The notes under the pieces: generated by a model
Told to the model about the DNA's origin: nothing
Database searches by the model: none
Seen by the model: only the letters and a program-made list of their open reading frames with translations
Program-made: the position numbers and the translations under genes
In this document: positions 40,860-50,772 of the stretch, one piece after another
Layout: each line of letters begins with the position of its first letter
Numbering within the stretch: the first letter of the stretch is position 1
Source of the DNA: Anaerohalosphaeraceae bacterium
Lineage (GTDB): Bacteria > Planctomycetota > Phycisphaerae > Sedimentisphaerales > Anaerohalosphaeraceae
Length of the DNA: 64,000 nt
Assembly: GCA_963675525.2 (NCBI GenBank)
Contig: CAXXSL010000018.1
Location: 1-64,000, forward strand
Direction of reading: 5' to 3'

Positions 40860-43382
40860 TTAATTTTCCGGCCACTCTCCAATTTTCAACACGTCCATAT
40901 CATTTTTGTCTGTTGAAGGCATCAAGAGCATCAGGGACATACCGGAAACTTCATCGGGCAAATTACGGATTTTTTCAATCGGCATGATCATTCCGGCAGT
41001 CGTCAAAGCATCTGCTAAAGAAGCGTTTGCCCTCAATCTAATCCAGCACGCTGTTCTGTCTATAATGGGCTGCCCGCTAAAGGGATTAATGATATGCTCT
41101 CCGCCCTGGAGTCCTGAACAACTGAAGACTTCATTTTCCAGTTGAAGCTGCATCATCGTTTTCTGGTCGATGGGGCTTGTCAGTGTGATGGGCCAGCCGT
41201 TTTTTCCAGATGGCTTATTTAATGCACGAACGGAACTGGCTCCCCCGTGTATCAAGGCCTTCTCGATCCCCCATTCATTCAGTATTTCTGCGATCCTGTC
41301 CACCGCATACCCTTTTCCAATGCCTCCCAAATCAAGACTGATTGCCGCGTCGGTTACCATAACAGCCTGGCGATCGGTGTGCAACTCAAGCATTTTCATA
41401 CTTGGAAGATTGGCTTGAAGAGAAAGGACCATCTCAGAATCGCCTTCCTTCCAGGCAATAATGAGATCACTAATGGTTATATCGAACGCCCCATCGGTCA
41501 GTTGTGAGGCTTCTTGAGCAATTTTAAGACATCGAAACGTGTCTTCATCGACAATTATCTCTTCTCCGGGCATGAGCGCATTGATCCGGTTAACGTCACT
41601 GCTTTCAATAAAGCGACTTAGCAAACTCTCCAACCGGTCCACCTCATTGAACGCCGCTCGCGCAGCTTGACCTGCATAGGTTCCACGGGTATCCTGAATA
41701 AAGATCTCATAATCAGTATTCATAGCCCGATGGCTGAATTTAAGAAGGTTTTCGATCTGTTTTTTGTCGGGCTTGCTCGCCAGGACATTTTCCTTTTGCT
41801 CTTGTGTCACAGGCATTGATTCCTTATCAGCGTTCATGTGATCCCATAGATCTTTGCGAACATATCCTCGCCATTCTACCTTTGGACGTAACTCAACATA
41901 GTCTTCGAAAAGCGGCATATACAGATTTTGTTGGCCGGGTTCGGGCGCTGAATACAAAACATTGAGAAGCTCCGGTTCATGCCTGGCATTAGCAAGGATG
42001 ATCGACGCAGTACAGGCCGAAGCATCAACCTGCGACCAATAGCCGACGTTTGTAAATGTACGCAGGTACCACGGAATCGGCCAGTAATCATCTCCCTCAG
42101 CGATCACCTGAATGGAAACTTGCTTTCCGGCCTCCGACACAGCGGCGGCTTTATTAATCGCTTCGACCATTGTATAAACATCCGTCGAGGTATGGGCATA
42201 CACGTAAGGATTGATCGGATCGGAAGAATAACGGAAGTTCAGCATCCAGCTTTGAACAATGGGACCGGCGATAACAAAAATAAAAATCAATAATCCCATA
42301 CATATTTTCCCCGGGATCTTTACTGATATAACAAGAAGCCGGTCAATCGCGACCCCTGCCAAAACTGCCATTCCATAAAGAAAACTCAACATACACCAAG
42401 GAGTCTTGTAGGGAATTAAGGCATAGATGACGGTCAATGTGAGTGTGTAGATCGCAATAAATTGTCCGAACCCCGCCTTGTCAGGTCTCGTCTTTGTCCG
42501 AAATAAAATAAAACATAACCCCATCAACGCCAAGGCGGCAATACCATCTTCGTTCCAGGAGATCGGTTCGATGAACTCCAGCCAGGTCAGCAGGTCCAAA
42601 TAGTAATACCACGGATGGATGTGGACGCTCTGACCGGCGCCACGCTTTAGCCAGATGCCGTACGTAGACACTGAATCGAGAATCCCCTGGGGATTTGTTC
42701 CAAATGATGAATAAAGCAGGGCCGATGTGAGACCCATTGCAACAACAGCGGATAGTAAATGAGAGATTCTCGGTTTTTTGCAGGGTTTATGCCAAATCCG
42801 GAAAAAAAATAAGGCGAGCAAGGCTGTACCAAAAGAGAAGACAAATGTTTCTTTTGATGCGTGCATCAACCCGGCCGCAATGCCGGACAAAATCAGCCAG
42901 ATGCCTTTTTGCGTTTTGAAATATTGCCAGAGACCGCCTAAGAACCAGCTCGTAAAAAAGACCAACAACATTTCCTGAATATAATATCGACTGTAATAGA
43001 CAAACGCAGGAGAAAAAGCAATCAACATGGAAGCAAAAAACACCGCCCTCCTGTTTATGTCCTTGAGAAAAAACAGCGGCGTCAATATCAGTCCGATCCC
43101 AAAGACGGCAGAAATCAGACGCAGGCTCGCTTCGTTGATTTCAGAATAATTTTTTTCACCTCGTAAAAAAGTGCACACCCGTGTAAAGTAATTCAGGGTT
43201 GGCCCATGAAATTCTTCGGGGTCATATACATAATCGCCCTTCTGGAGAAGGGCTGAGAATTTTTCGGCATGTACTGCCTCATCGGTGTGCATCGGGCGGT
43301 CGTTTAATCGCCACAAGCGAAAAAAAGACCCTCCTGTTACAACAAGAATGAATGCCAAAATCCAAGTGTATTTGGTTCTCAT
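40860..43382 (-). CDS. Fusion: TIGR03663-like GT-C membrane glycosyltransferase plus ApbE flavin transferase
   Basis: N-half RPMHTDEAVH, YDP..FHGP, YSRYYIQE, SKE, PYKTPW, NPYVYAHT, YWPIPWYLR; C-half AMNT, LSRF..SSDV..IN, GAFDIT, DLGGIGKGY.VD, HIINP, ADALTTA. Confidence 0.85.
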   Translation of the reverse strand: MRTKYTWILAFILVVTGGSFFRLWRLNDRPMHTDEAVHAEKFSALLQKGDYVYDPEEFHGPTLNYFTRVCTFLRGEKNYSEINEASLRLISAVFGIGLILTPLFFLKDINRRAVFFASMLIAFSPAFVYYSRYYIQEMLLVFFTSWFLGGLWQYFKTQKGIWLILSGIAAGLMHASKETFVFSFGTALLALFFFRIWHKPCKKPRISHLLSAVVAMGLTSALLYSSFGTNPQGILDSVSTYGIWLKRGAGQSVHIHPWYYYLDLLTWLEFIEPISWNEDGIAALALMGLCFILFRTKTRPDKAGFGQFIAIYTLTLTVIYALIPYKTPWCMLSFLYGMAVLAGVAIDRLLVISVKIPGKICMGLLIFIFVIAGPIVQSWMLNFRYSSDPINPYVYAHTSTDVYTMVEAINKAAAVSEAGKQVSIQVIAEGDDYWPIPWYLRTFTNVGYWSQVDASACTASIILANARHEPELLNVLYSAPEPGQQNLYMPLFEDYVELRPKVEWRGYVRKDLWDHMNADKESMPVTQEQKENVLASKPDKKQIENLLKFSHRAMNTDYEIFIQDTRGTYAGQAARAAFNEVDRLESLLSRFIESSDVNRINALMPGEEIIVDEDTFRCLKIAQEASQLTDGAFDITISDLIIAWKEGDSEMVLSLQANLPSMKMLELHTDRQAVMVTDAAISLDLGGIGKGYAVDRIAEILNEWGIEKALIHGGASSVRALNKPSGKNGWPITLTSPIDQKTMMQLQLENEVFSCSGLQGGEHIINPFSGQPIIDRTACWIRLRANASLADALTTAGMIMPIEKIRNLPDEVSGMSLMLLMPSTDKNDMDVLKIGEWPEN

Positions 43383-43385
43383 CGG

Positions 43386-44213
43386 CTATTGGCCAAAGAT
43401 TTCGACTTCGATATAGTGACTGTAATCGTTCTGGTTATTACCCTGGCTGTATAAACGAACATAACGTGCTGTTATTCCTTTGGCATCAACGAGTTTTCCT
43501 TCGGCTTTATCAATATAGTGCTGGTCCTGGCCGACCCCTAATCCCAGTGAATTATCGAGATCATTATTAAACAGGGTCCTTACATCGGTAATGAATTCGG
43601 GATCATCGGAAACCTGCACAACCACGTCAAAGTAAACACGAGCTGTTTTGTGGAAGTGCCAGAAGACAATCGCATATAATTTGTACGCATCGCCAAGATC
43701 CACTTGTACCCATTGCTTAAACGGCCCTAACTCAATCACGCTGCCTTCGGTGGCATCCTTGTCCCCATCCACAAGCATTTCCAGATTGCCTGTAATCGGA
43801 TCCATCTCCGAACTGGTCACGCGTTTATTCAGTGCCAGATTCCTGACACCCTTGGGGGCAAGAAAAGCAGGACGCGGCCGCTTTGTGTCCGGCTCAAGAC
43901 GCTCGATGCCAGACAGATTTTCCGGGGTCCCCACAAACATTGGCTTGGGCAGTTCCAAAGGAAGCGGTGCCATGGCTGTTTCTGTACTTTCCTGCAACTT
44001 AACCGGTTCGGGCTCAGCAGGCTGAGTTTCTACAACTTCCGTCTGAGGCTGTTGAGCAACAGTGTCTTGTGCAGTGGCACTTTTCGATTGTTGTCCAGAG
44101 GCCTGCGGTTCTTCTACAGGCGTTTGCTTTTTACAACTGCTTATCATAAGAAGCGATAACACCAACAGGCTTAAGATCCCAACACATCTCATACAATATC
44201 TCCCAATCATCAC
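43386..44213 (-). CDS. Lipoprotein with discoidin/F5-8 type C domain
   Basis: Lipobox ISSC, Q/E/P linker, PLPLELPKPMFVGTP, NLALNK.VTSS, WVQVDLG, ARYVRLYS, EVEIFG. Confidence 0.85.
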   Translation of the reverse strand: MMIGRYCMRCVGILSLLVLSLLMISSCKKQTPVEEPQASGQQSKSATAQDTVAQQPQTEVVETQPAEPEPVKLQESTETAMAPLPLELPKPMFVGTPENLSGIERLEPDTKRPRPAFLAPKGVRNLALNKRVTSSEMDPITGNLEMLVDGDKDATEGSVIELGPFKQWVQVDLGDAYKLYAIVFWHFHKTARVYFDVVVQVSDDPEFITDVRTLFNNDLDNSLGLGVGQDQHYIDKAEGKLVDAKGITARYVRLYSQGNNQNDYSHYIEVEIFGQ

Positions 44214-44244
44214 TTTATTTTACGTTCATCATACATAAATTACG

Positions 44245-45435
44245 TTATCCTGCAGCACCTTTGATCTGTCCAAGGATTATCGCCAAAATCACCAACAGCA
44301 CACAAGCCGGCAACAGCAGCTTGAGACTTTTCTGGATCGATGCTCCCTTGGCAACGTTACCCATCATTTTGGGGACAATCACAGCACCTGCCAGACCAAT
44401 GGCAAAGATAATCCCAAAAACGCTGCCGTAAACTTCCGGCGAAAACTTTGAGAACGTTACACCAACCGTGGTCGGAAAACAGGGTGCAAAAGAAAGGCCT
44501 GCCAATATCGCCAGGATATTCGCCATAACGCCTTTGGAACAAGCCATCATCAAAAAGATTACCACCCCGGCAACAACTGCGGCCCCAGCTATCACCCAAC
44601 CGCCATTTGCCGTCAGATCAAAATTGATCTTGGCGGGCAGTAAACTGGTTGCCAATCGTCCAATCATCATCGCAATTGCAAAAAAGGACAACAATCGCTG
44701 ACCGGATGCATCCGCAACACCAGCATCGATCCCGGCATTTTCCTTTCGGACGACTTCTTTGCCGAAAGACGGCAGCCAGTTACAGAATGACGATTCCAGA
44801 GCAATATAACAAAACAGGACAAATGCCGCAACCAGAACAGCCGGCTGACTAAGCAGTTTAGCCGTTGCAGAAAAATCAAGTTTCGCCGCGCTGACCGGAT
44901 AGCCTTTTGCGAGAAATGCTACGATTGCCGGCAAGATAATAATCACACCCAAAACCGAGACGGCTACTTCATAACTCGTTTTACGGAATAAAAAACTGAC
45001 GATCAACGGTGTCAGAAACAGGCCCAGACAGAAAAAGACATTGATCATATTACTGGCTCTTGCCATATCTTCACCACCAAATAAAACCTGCGGACCCATA
45101 ACATTACCTGCAGTATTCATTGCCATTGCTCCGATACCCAGCAGGATACAGGGCAACATTACCATACTGTAACTTTTGCCTGATGCCAAAATGAAGATAC
45201 AGATCGCCGTCGCAATAAAACCGATCACGGCAACCCATTTAAATCCGATTGTATCGGAAACAACGCCAATTAACAGGGAAGCAATAAGGCAGGAAAACAT
45301 AAACGTCGAGATCAGCGTTCCGAATTTACTCTCGTCGATTTTCAGTCGCGGCATCAACTTGACACTGATCGATCCGAGCAATGCAAAACACATCCCTAAG
45401 CCAAATACACACATTAATGCAACGATCTGTACCAT
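44245..45435 (-). CDS. MFS transporter (FucP-like sugar permease)
   Basis: About 12 TM segments, GVVSDTIGFK motif A, YIALE...NW, MMIGR, PCFPT. Confidence 0.88.
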   Translation of the reverse strand: MVQIVALMCVFGLGMCFALLGSISVKLMPRLKIDESKFGTLISTFMFSCLIASLLIGVVSDTIGFKWVAVIGFIATAICIFILASGKSYSMVMLPCILLGIGAMAMNTAGNVMGPQVLFGGEDMARASNMINVFFCLGLFLTPLIVSFLFRKTSYEVAVSVLGVIIILPAIVAFLAKGYPVSAAKLDFSATAKLLSQPAVLVAAFVLFCYIALESSFCNWLPSFGKEVVRKENAGIDAGVADASGQRLLSFFAIAMMIGRLATSLLPAKINFDLTANGGWVIAGAAVVAGVVIFLMMACSKGVMANILAILAGLSFAPCFPTTVGVTFSKFSPEVYGSVFGIIFAIGLAGAVIVPKMMGNVAKGASIQKSLKLLLPACVLLVILAIILGQIKGAAG

Positions 45436-45472
45436 TGTTCAATCCTTTCAACCTTCTAACATTGCGTTTTGG

Positions 45473-46126
45473 TTATCCATTATTCAAATCTTTTCGAATC
45501 CCCATTCGAATCAGCATGTATAGTTCAATTATCGCAAGCAATCCGAAGCCCAGAGCACTCCAGCGATGCGCATCATACAAAAATTCCTGCCCTTCGGTTC
45601 CAAATAGCGGCAGCATACTCAATACCATTGTCAGTGTCACCGGCAAGGCCATCGCCGCCAACAGCCAGAAACCAACTTTGGCACCAATACCGGTATCTGT
45701 AACCCAACACCCCTCGCCGCTGCATCGAAAGCCCGGAGGGATTGCCTCGGCGTCTTTTTTATTAAACGCATATTCACCCGCGCCGAACAAGACAATAATC
45801 GCCGAACAGCCGATAAAAACCGGGGCAAATGTCGCATGAATCATCAACAAATAACCATGCAGTTTATATCCAAAAACCAGCGGGACAAAACCGGTCATCA
45901 CCAGAACCGAAAAACTTAACAGCCCCAGCAGAAAAACAAGTTTGTGAATTTTCACATGCAGGCGAAGCTTTTTCTCCGGAAACAACATCGCCAGTAAATG
46001 TACTTTTTTATTAATCCGTGGTTTAATCGAAAAACGCGGTTCATTTCCACAGGGAAAGAGCAAATGATGCAAAACGATCCCGATCAGAACGGACGCAAAC
46101 CCTATGATTGAAAACCATCTAAACAT
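45473..46126 (-). CDS. Cytochrome b-like membrane protein
   Basis: 4-5 TM segments with His in helices (LMIHATF, DAHRWS); start overlaps the upstream cytochrome c stop. Confidence 0.65.
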   Translation of the reverse strand: MFRWFSIIGFASVLIGIVLHHLLFPCGNEPRFSIKPRINKKVHLLAMLFPEKKLRLHVKIHKLVFLLGLLSFSVLVMTGFVPLVFGYKLHGYLLMIHATFAPVFIGCSAIIVLFGAGEYAFNKKDAEAIPPGFRCSGEGCWVTDTGIGAKVGFWLLAAMALPVTLTMVLSMLPLFGTEGQEFLYDAHRWSALGFGLLAIIELYMLIRMGIRKDLNNG

Positions 46127-47954
46127 CTTTTTTACTCCCCTCTGCACAAGCATTCGAGATCGCAGCAACGGCCCGGAGTATGTATGCCAGGACAACCAGA
46201 CCGATCAGACAGCAGGAAGCGAAGGCCACAATTTTCAGTATCGGCCGAAAAACAAATGACGCGTTGAACAACCGCATGTACAACCTGTCAACTCCCTGTA
46301 GTTCAACCATTTCCACAAATTGCGCCCCGGCCTCTGTTCGGACGGGTGTGTCAATTTCAACGTTGCCGAAGAAAAACGGAGAATCCGTTGTATGGCAGTC
46401 TTTGCATAAGTGAACCCCCAGGGACTGTTCCGCCGGCCGGACATCATGAGCTAGCGGCCAGGCATAAGGCTGTGCAGCAACATGGCTGCCGCTGGTAATT
46501 TTGCCTTCAGCGCCCAGTTGATAAATTTTTCCACCGGCAATATAAACGGGTCTTGAATCCTCCTGTCCCAATAACAACAGTACCTTCTGAATCTTCTCCA
46601 TAGTCAGAGGGCGCCAATCATCAATCTTATCGACATCGGCATCCAAAACAGATCCTGCTTTTTCAAGGACTTGTTTGGGGGGAATCGGCACGATCTTTTC
46701 CCCCATCGCAAGTCCCCAATAAGCCGGCCAAAACATCTTGTAAGGACCGATCTTGTCGTCAGTGCCCTTCATCAGGACCGGGGCATACACATGCGGCTGG
46801 GTGATTTTCAGATCATGTTTTCCATGAAGACCGGTTTTATGAATTCTGGCCGTTTGCCAGCGACTGGATGTCTGCTGGGGCCAGGTTCCCGAATGACACG
46901 CCGTACAGGTCAATTTCTCAAAATGAATGGTCGGAATACCGCGGTGCAAAGGCTTCGGTGAACCGAGACGGCCCAATTCAGGCATCTCTGTATGATCGCC
47001 TAAATGACAGCCTTCGCAGGTCAGCGACTTTCCCGGGCCTTCAGTTTCAACACCCCGGGTGATCATGTGATCATCCCCGTTACGGTGACAATCGATACAG
47101 TTCAAACCGGAATTCAGGTGAACGTCCTCATCCTGGGTCCATACTCTGTCTTCGCTTACATCCAAGTTGTGATTGGAATGGCAGAAATAACATCGGTCAT
47201 TGGTACCCAATGTAATATCGAAAAAGACCTTGTCATCCGCATCAAATACATCTTTATTGTAAGACACCTCGATGCCTTTGTCGAACTCCGGATCAAAAAA
47301 ATCGTCCAGACTCAACGCAACCCCTTCAACAACCGCCTTGCCGCTGGAAGCCGTGGGAATCCACCGATAATTCTGGCGAGCAGCCTGTAGGGCGGCCATG
47401 CTCTGGTCCTCATGAGGGCTGCTGTGATGGCAGGCCAGGCAATTGATCTCATACTTACCGCTGATCTCCTGACGAATGGCCTCATCGGGATTATCAGCGC
47501 TCATCTGACCATAGCTGCCGCCGGGGAAGTGACTGTAAAAGGTTTTCAAAAACTCCCAAGGGCTGATGCCCAATTCCTCCGGGGTGTACGTTCCGGCCCA
47601 GTTTCGGGCTGTAACCGGAATCTGTGTACGCGTCCTGGAGTCTGTGAGTACCCATGGCTGACCCGACCGGCCCGATTTCACCTGCGGGTTGTGCCCGTTA
47701 AAATGCCACCCCTGTTCGATTTTTTGATAGTCATGACACTGGCCGCAGGTTTTTTCGATAGAAAACGGCTTTGAATCCTTGCCATTGGCACGAATCTGCA
47801 CCCCGTTTTCATCGAACAGTTCGAAGCGATGCACCGGTCTGCTGCGGTTTCCGTCGTTACCGTCTCCAATCAACTCAGTCTGGCCGACAACCGATCCGGC
47901 AATCGCATTTGACAGGACACATACGATTATGAATGTCAGTACGACGTTTTTCAA
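46119..47954 (-). CDS. Multiheme cytochrome c (7 CxxCH) with signal peptide and C-terminal membrane anchor
   Basis: CGQCH, CLACH, CYFCH, CIDCH, CEGCH, CTACH, CKDCH. Confidence 0.92.
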   Translation of the reverse strand: MKNVVLTFIIVCVLSNAIAGSVVGQTELIGDGNDGNRSRPVHRFELFDENGVQIRANGKDSKPFSIEKTCGQCHDYQKIEQGWHFNGHNPQVKSGRSGQPWVLTDSRTRTQIPVTARNWAGTYTPEELGISPWEFLKTFYSHFPGGSYGQMSADNPDEAIRQEISGKYEINCLACHHSSPHEDQSMAALQAARQNYRWIPTASSGKAVVEGVALSLDDFFDPEFDKGIEVSYNKDVFDADDKVFFDITLGTNDRCYFCHSNHNLDVSEDRVWTQDEDVHLNSGLNCIDCHRNGDDHMITRGVETEGPGKSLTCEGCHLGDHTEMPELGRLGSPKPLHRGIPTIHFEKLTCTACHSGTWPQQTSSRWQTARIHKTGLHGKHDLKITQPHVYAPVLMKGTDDKIGPYKMFWPAYWGLAMGEKIVPIPPKQVLEKAGSVLDADVDKIDDWRPLTMEKIQKVLLLLGQEDSRPVYIAGGKIYQLGAEGKITSGSHVAAQPYAWPLAHDVRPAEQSLGVHLCKDCHTTDSPFFFGNVEIDTPVRTEAGAQFVEMVELQGVDRLYMRLFNASFVFRPILKIVAFASCCLIGLVVLAYILRAVAAISNACAEGSKKDV

Positions 47955-47969
47955 TATTTTCCTTATTGT

Positions 47970-49328
47970 TTAAATTTTAACCTTGAAATCCTCTGGCTGA
48001 AAATCTATACGCGCCGCTTTGGCAACCGCTTCATTGACTTTTAGAACCGTCACCGCTGTTTCATAACCAATTTCTGCGGAGCAATTCAATGTCTCAATGC
48101 CTCTAATCGAATTAAAGAAATTTATCAAATGCGGCTGATGATAGGGATCGTTAAACTTAACCGGCAATTTGTATTCGGCCGCGGGCACCGTTTCACGAAC
48201 ATCCAATACGGCATCTGTTTTTTCATTGTCAGCAACTTTTAATCCTTTTGCCTTTTCGATATACCCTTTGGCCACCCACGGGTCCCACTTGGCCTCATCC
48301 ACCCAGCCCTCTCGATAAATACTGCCCCGGCTGGAAGCCTCTGAAATAAGCAGCGTGCCTTCATCGCCCATGAAGCTTTCAAAATAACCGTTGGCACTGT
48401 TGGTGGTCAATGTCTGGTAAAACGCACGTACCGGACCGACTTCCGTCTCATATTCATAAATTGCCATCACATTATCATACCACTCGTGGCCTTTCCAGTA
48501 ATCCACACCCCCGCTGGCAATAATGCTCTTGGGTTGAGCGTTCAAAAACCAACTGTAGATATCAATCTGATGACTGCCCAGATCAACGATCGGCCCGCCG
48601 CCAAGTCCTTTGTACCATCGCCAGTTTCGGAACTGGGTCATATCCTTAAATCCGTATTGATTCAGGGTTGCCTGATCGATTTCGGTCCCTTCAGGCCAGC
48701 CCAGATCTTCGCACGATTCCTTGCTGCGATTCCACTGGCCGTTAATCGTGGTGATTTGTCCGATTAAACCGGCTTCCTGGATAAGTTTCTCATAACAGTG
48801 CCGATACCGGGGGTTACTGCGGCGCTGGTGGCCGATCTGCAATAATTTTCCGCTGGACCTTTGGGCCTCAACCATTTTCCGAGCACCTTCAAGGGTATTG
48901 CTCATTTCCTTTTCACAATACACATGCAGTCCTTTTCCAAGACAGGCTACCGTATGTTCAGCATGCCAGAAATCGGGTGTCGCAATGATGACCGCATCAA
49001 GATCCTTTTCAGTATCCAGCATTTCCTGATAATCAACATAGCCCGCAGATCGATAGCCGTAATACTTGCTGTAAGCTTTGAGACGCTTTTGAACCTTTTG
49101 GCGATTCACATCCCAGATATCACAGACAGCCACAAATCGAATACTGGGATCTTTTTTCTTAACAATCGCATCCATCAGCACCTGCCCCTGCGCACCGGCG
49201 CCAAGCAGCGCGACATTGATAACGTCCTTTTGGGGCGCTTCCGCTCCCAAGACTTTGCCGCTCACATAAAGACCTGCTCCAATCACAGCAGATGCCTGAA
49301 TAAAATCTCTCCGGTTGATTTTGTTCAC
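47970..49328 (-). CDS. Tat-exported Gfo/Idh/MocA oxidoreductase
   Basis: GTG start VNKINRRDFI, GAGAQG, TPDFWH, YCEKEMS, QIGHQRRS, DLGSHQID. Confidence 0.9.
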   Translation of the reverse strand: MNKINRRDFIQASAVIGAGLYVSGKVLGAEAPQKDVINVALLGAGAQGQVLMDAIVKKKDPSIRFVAVCDIWDVNRQKVQKRLKAYSKYYGYRSAGYVDYQEMLDTEKDLDAVIIATPDFWHAEHTVACLGKGLHVYCEKEMSNTLEGARKMVEAQRSSGKLLQIGHQRRSNPRYRHCYEKLIQEAGLIGQITTINGQWNRSKESCEDLGWPEGTEIDQATLNQYGFKDMTQFRNWRWYKGLGGGPIVDLGSHQIDIYSWFLNAQPKSIIASGGVDYWKGHEWYDNVMAIYEYETEVGPVRAFYQTLTTNSANGYFESFMGDEGTLLISEASSRGSIYREGWVDEAKWDPWVAKGYIEKAKGLKVADNEKTDAVLDVRETVPAAEYKLPVKFNDPYHQPHLINFFNSIRGIETLNCSAEIGYETAVTVLKVNEAVAKAARIDFQPEDFKVKI

Positions 49329-49350
49329 TATGCCGACCCTTCTATAAAAA

Positions 49351-50747
49351 TTAAAGTTCCTTAATTCTAATATTTCTGTACCAGACCGCAAACCCGTGAT
49401 CCTGGAATCCGATCCAGCCTTCACGCGGAAGATCCTTATAGGCGATATCAAATTTATTCTGCGTGCCATCCGGATTCTTGTGTGCTTGGACCCAATCATT
49501 AAGATTCACATCCAGAACCGGTTGATCATTCAGCGCAACCTGGAGTTCAGGACCGTTGGCGCAAATCGTCATGCGATTCACCGACCCGGTTGCTTGACGG
49601 CATTGACCATCGGTTCCTTGATGTCATAAATACCGCCGCAAATATGCTTGTCGATTGGTTTTCCAAAGGAATCTTCAACCTGTACTTCCACCCACGGGAG
49701 CCAGGTGTGTTCCGCGGCCCTGATGAAAACGCCGCTGTTGGTTTTCTCAGCAAGCTTAAATTCAAAATCGAGAATGAAATCACCGTATTTTTTGGCGGTC
49801 CAGATATCTCCTTCGCCTTTTCGGGCCATCTGACCGTCTTCCATTGCCCAACTGTTTTCGTTAAACTCCGCATTGGAAAGATCCGTATTGAACAACGCTT
49901 TCCAGCCGGTGGGCTTTAACCCGCAAGCAACTGAATTAAAATAGGCGATCGATTCACGAATCTCCGGCAGGTTATTGTCCCAGTTATATTCATATTCGAT
50001 CGCAAAGGTTCCCTGGTAACTCTGACGGTCTAATTCTTCCAGGATTCCCTTGATGCGACCCTGTCCGGTTCCCCAGACCACATCGTGTCCATCATCAATT
50101 TCCTTGATATGCACATCGTGAATCCGGCCTTGGAGTTTCTTCAAACAATCAACCGGATCCAGACCGCTGCGTACCCAGTGCCCCACATCCGTACAGGCAC
50201 CGATCCATTTGCTTCGGCCTTCACACATCTTTAAGACGGTGTCCGGATTCCAGTAATGACTCGGGTTGGGATGATTGTGAATCGCCAGTTTTATCTCATA
50301 TTCCTGACACAATTTATCGATCAAGTCAATCTGATCCTCACCGGGCTCAGATACGATGGTCCCGATGCCCATCTCTTTGGCAAATGCAAATAATTTCCGG
50401 GCATCTGCTTGGTCGCCTGAAATTGCCGTTACACCAAAGGCAACTAACTGTACATTCGTTTCGGCCAATTTCGATTTTATGGCTTTACGCTGCTCATCTG
50501 ACAAGTCCGGCCCAAAGCCGGCAGGAATTTCCGGTGACACTTTCTGCCCCGGATAGGCTTGAATATAATCCAGTCCCATAGACCGTGTCTTCTCGATCGC
50601 CTCAAAAAGCGTGAACCGATTAAACGTCCATGCCTGGGTTCCGAGTTTCCAACCGTCATAAACATCTGTTTGAGGATGCGTCTCTGGAACACCCGCCGAC
50701 ACCATTGCTGTTATTAATATAACACACATCAATACACTATTTCGCAT
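49351..50747 (-). pseudogene. Secreted sugar-phosphate isomerase/epimerase TIM barrel fused to DUF1080; 1-bp frameshift near 49580
   Basis: AIHNH, DVGHW, HIKE, IEYE, then DUF1080 NSGVF; ...KQPGR-tg-aat-cgc continues in another frame as (W)NRMTI...GFQDHG..VWYRNIRIKEL. Confidence 0.8.
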
Positions 50748-50772
50748 AAATACACCTGTTTTCTATGGGCTT

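Noticed and set aside
49329..49499. N-terminal extension of the 47970 oxidoreductase given in the ORF track
   Set aside because: It overlaps the real DUF1080 C-terminal coding sequence; the Tat motif indicates a start at GTG 49328.
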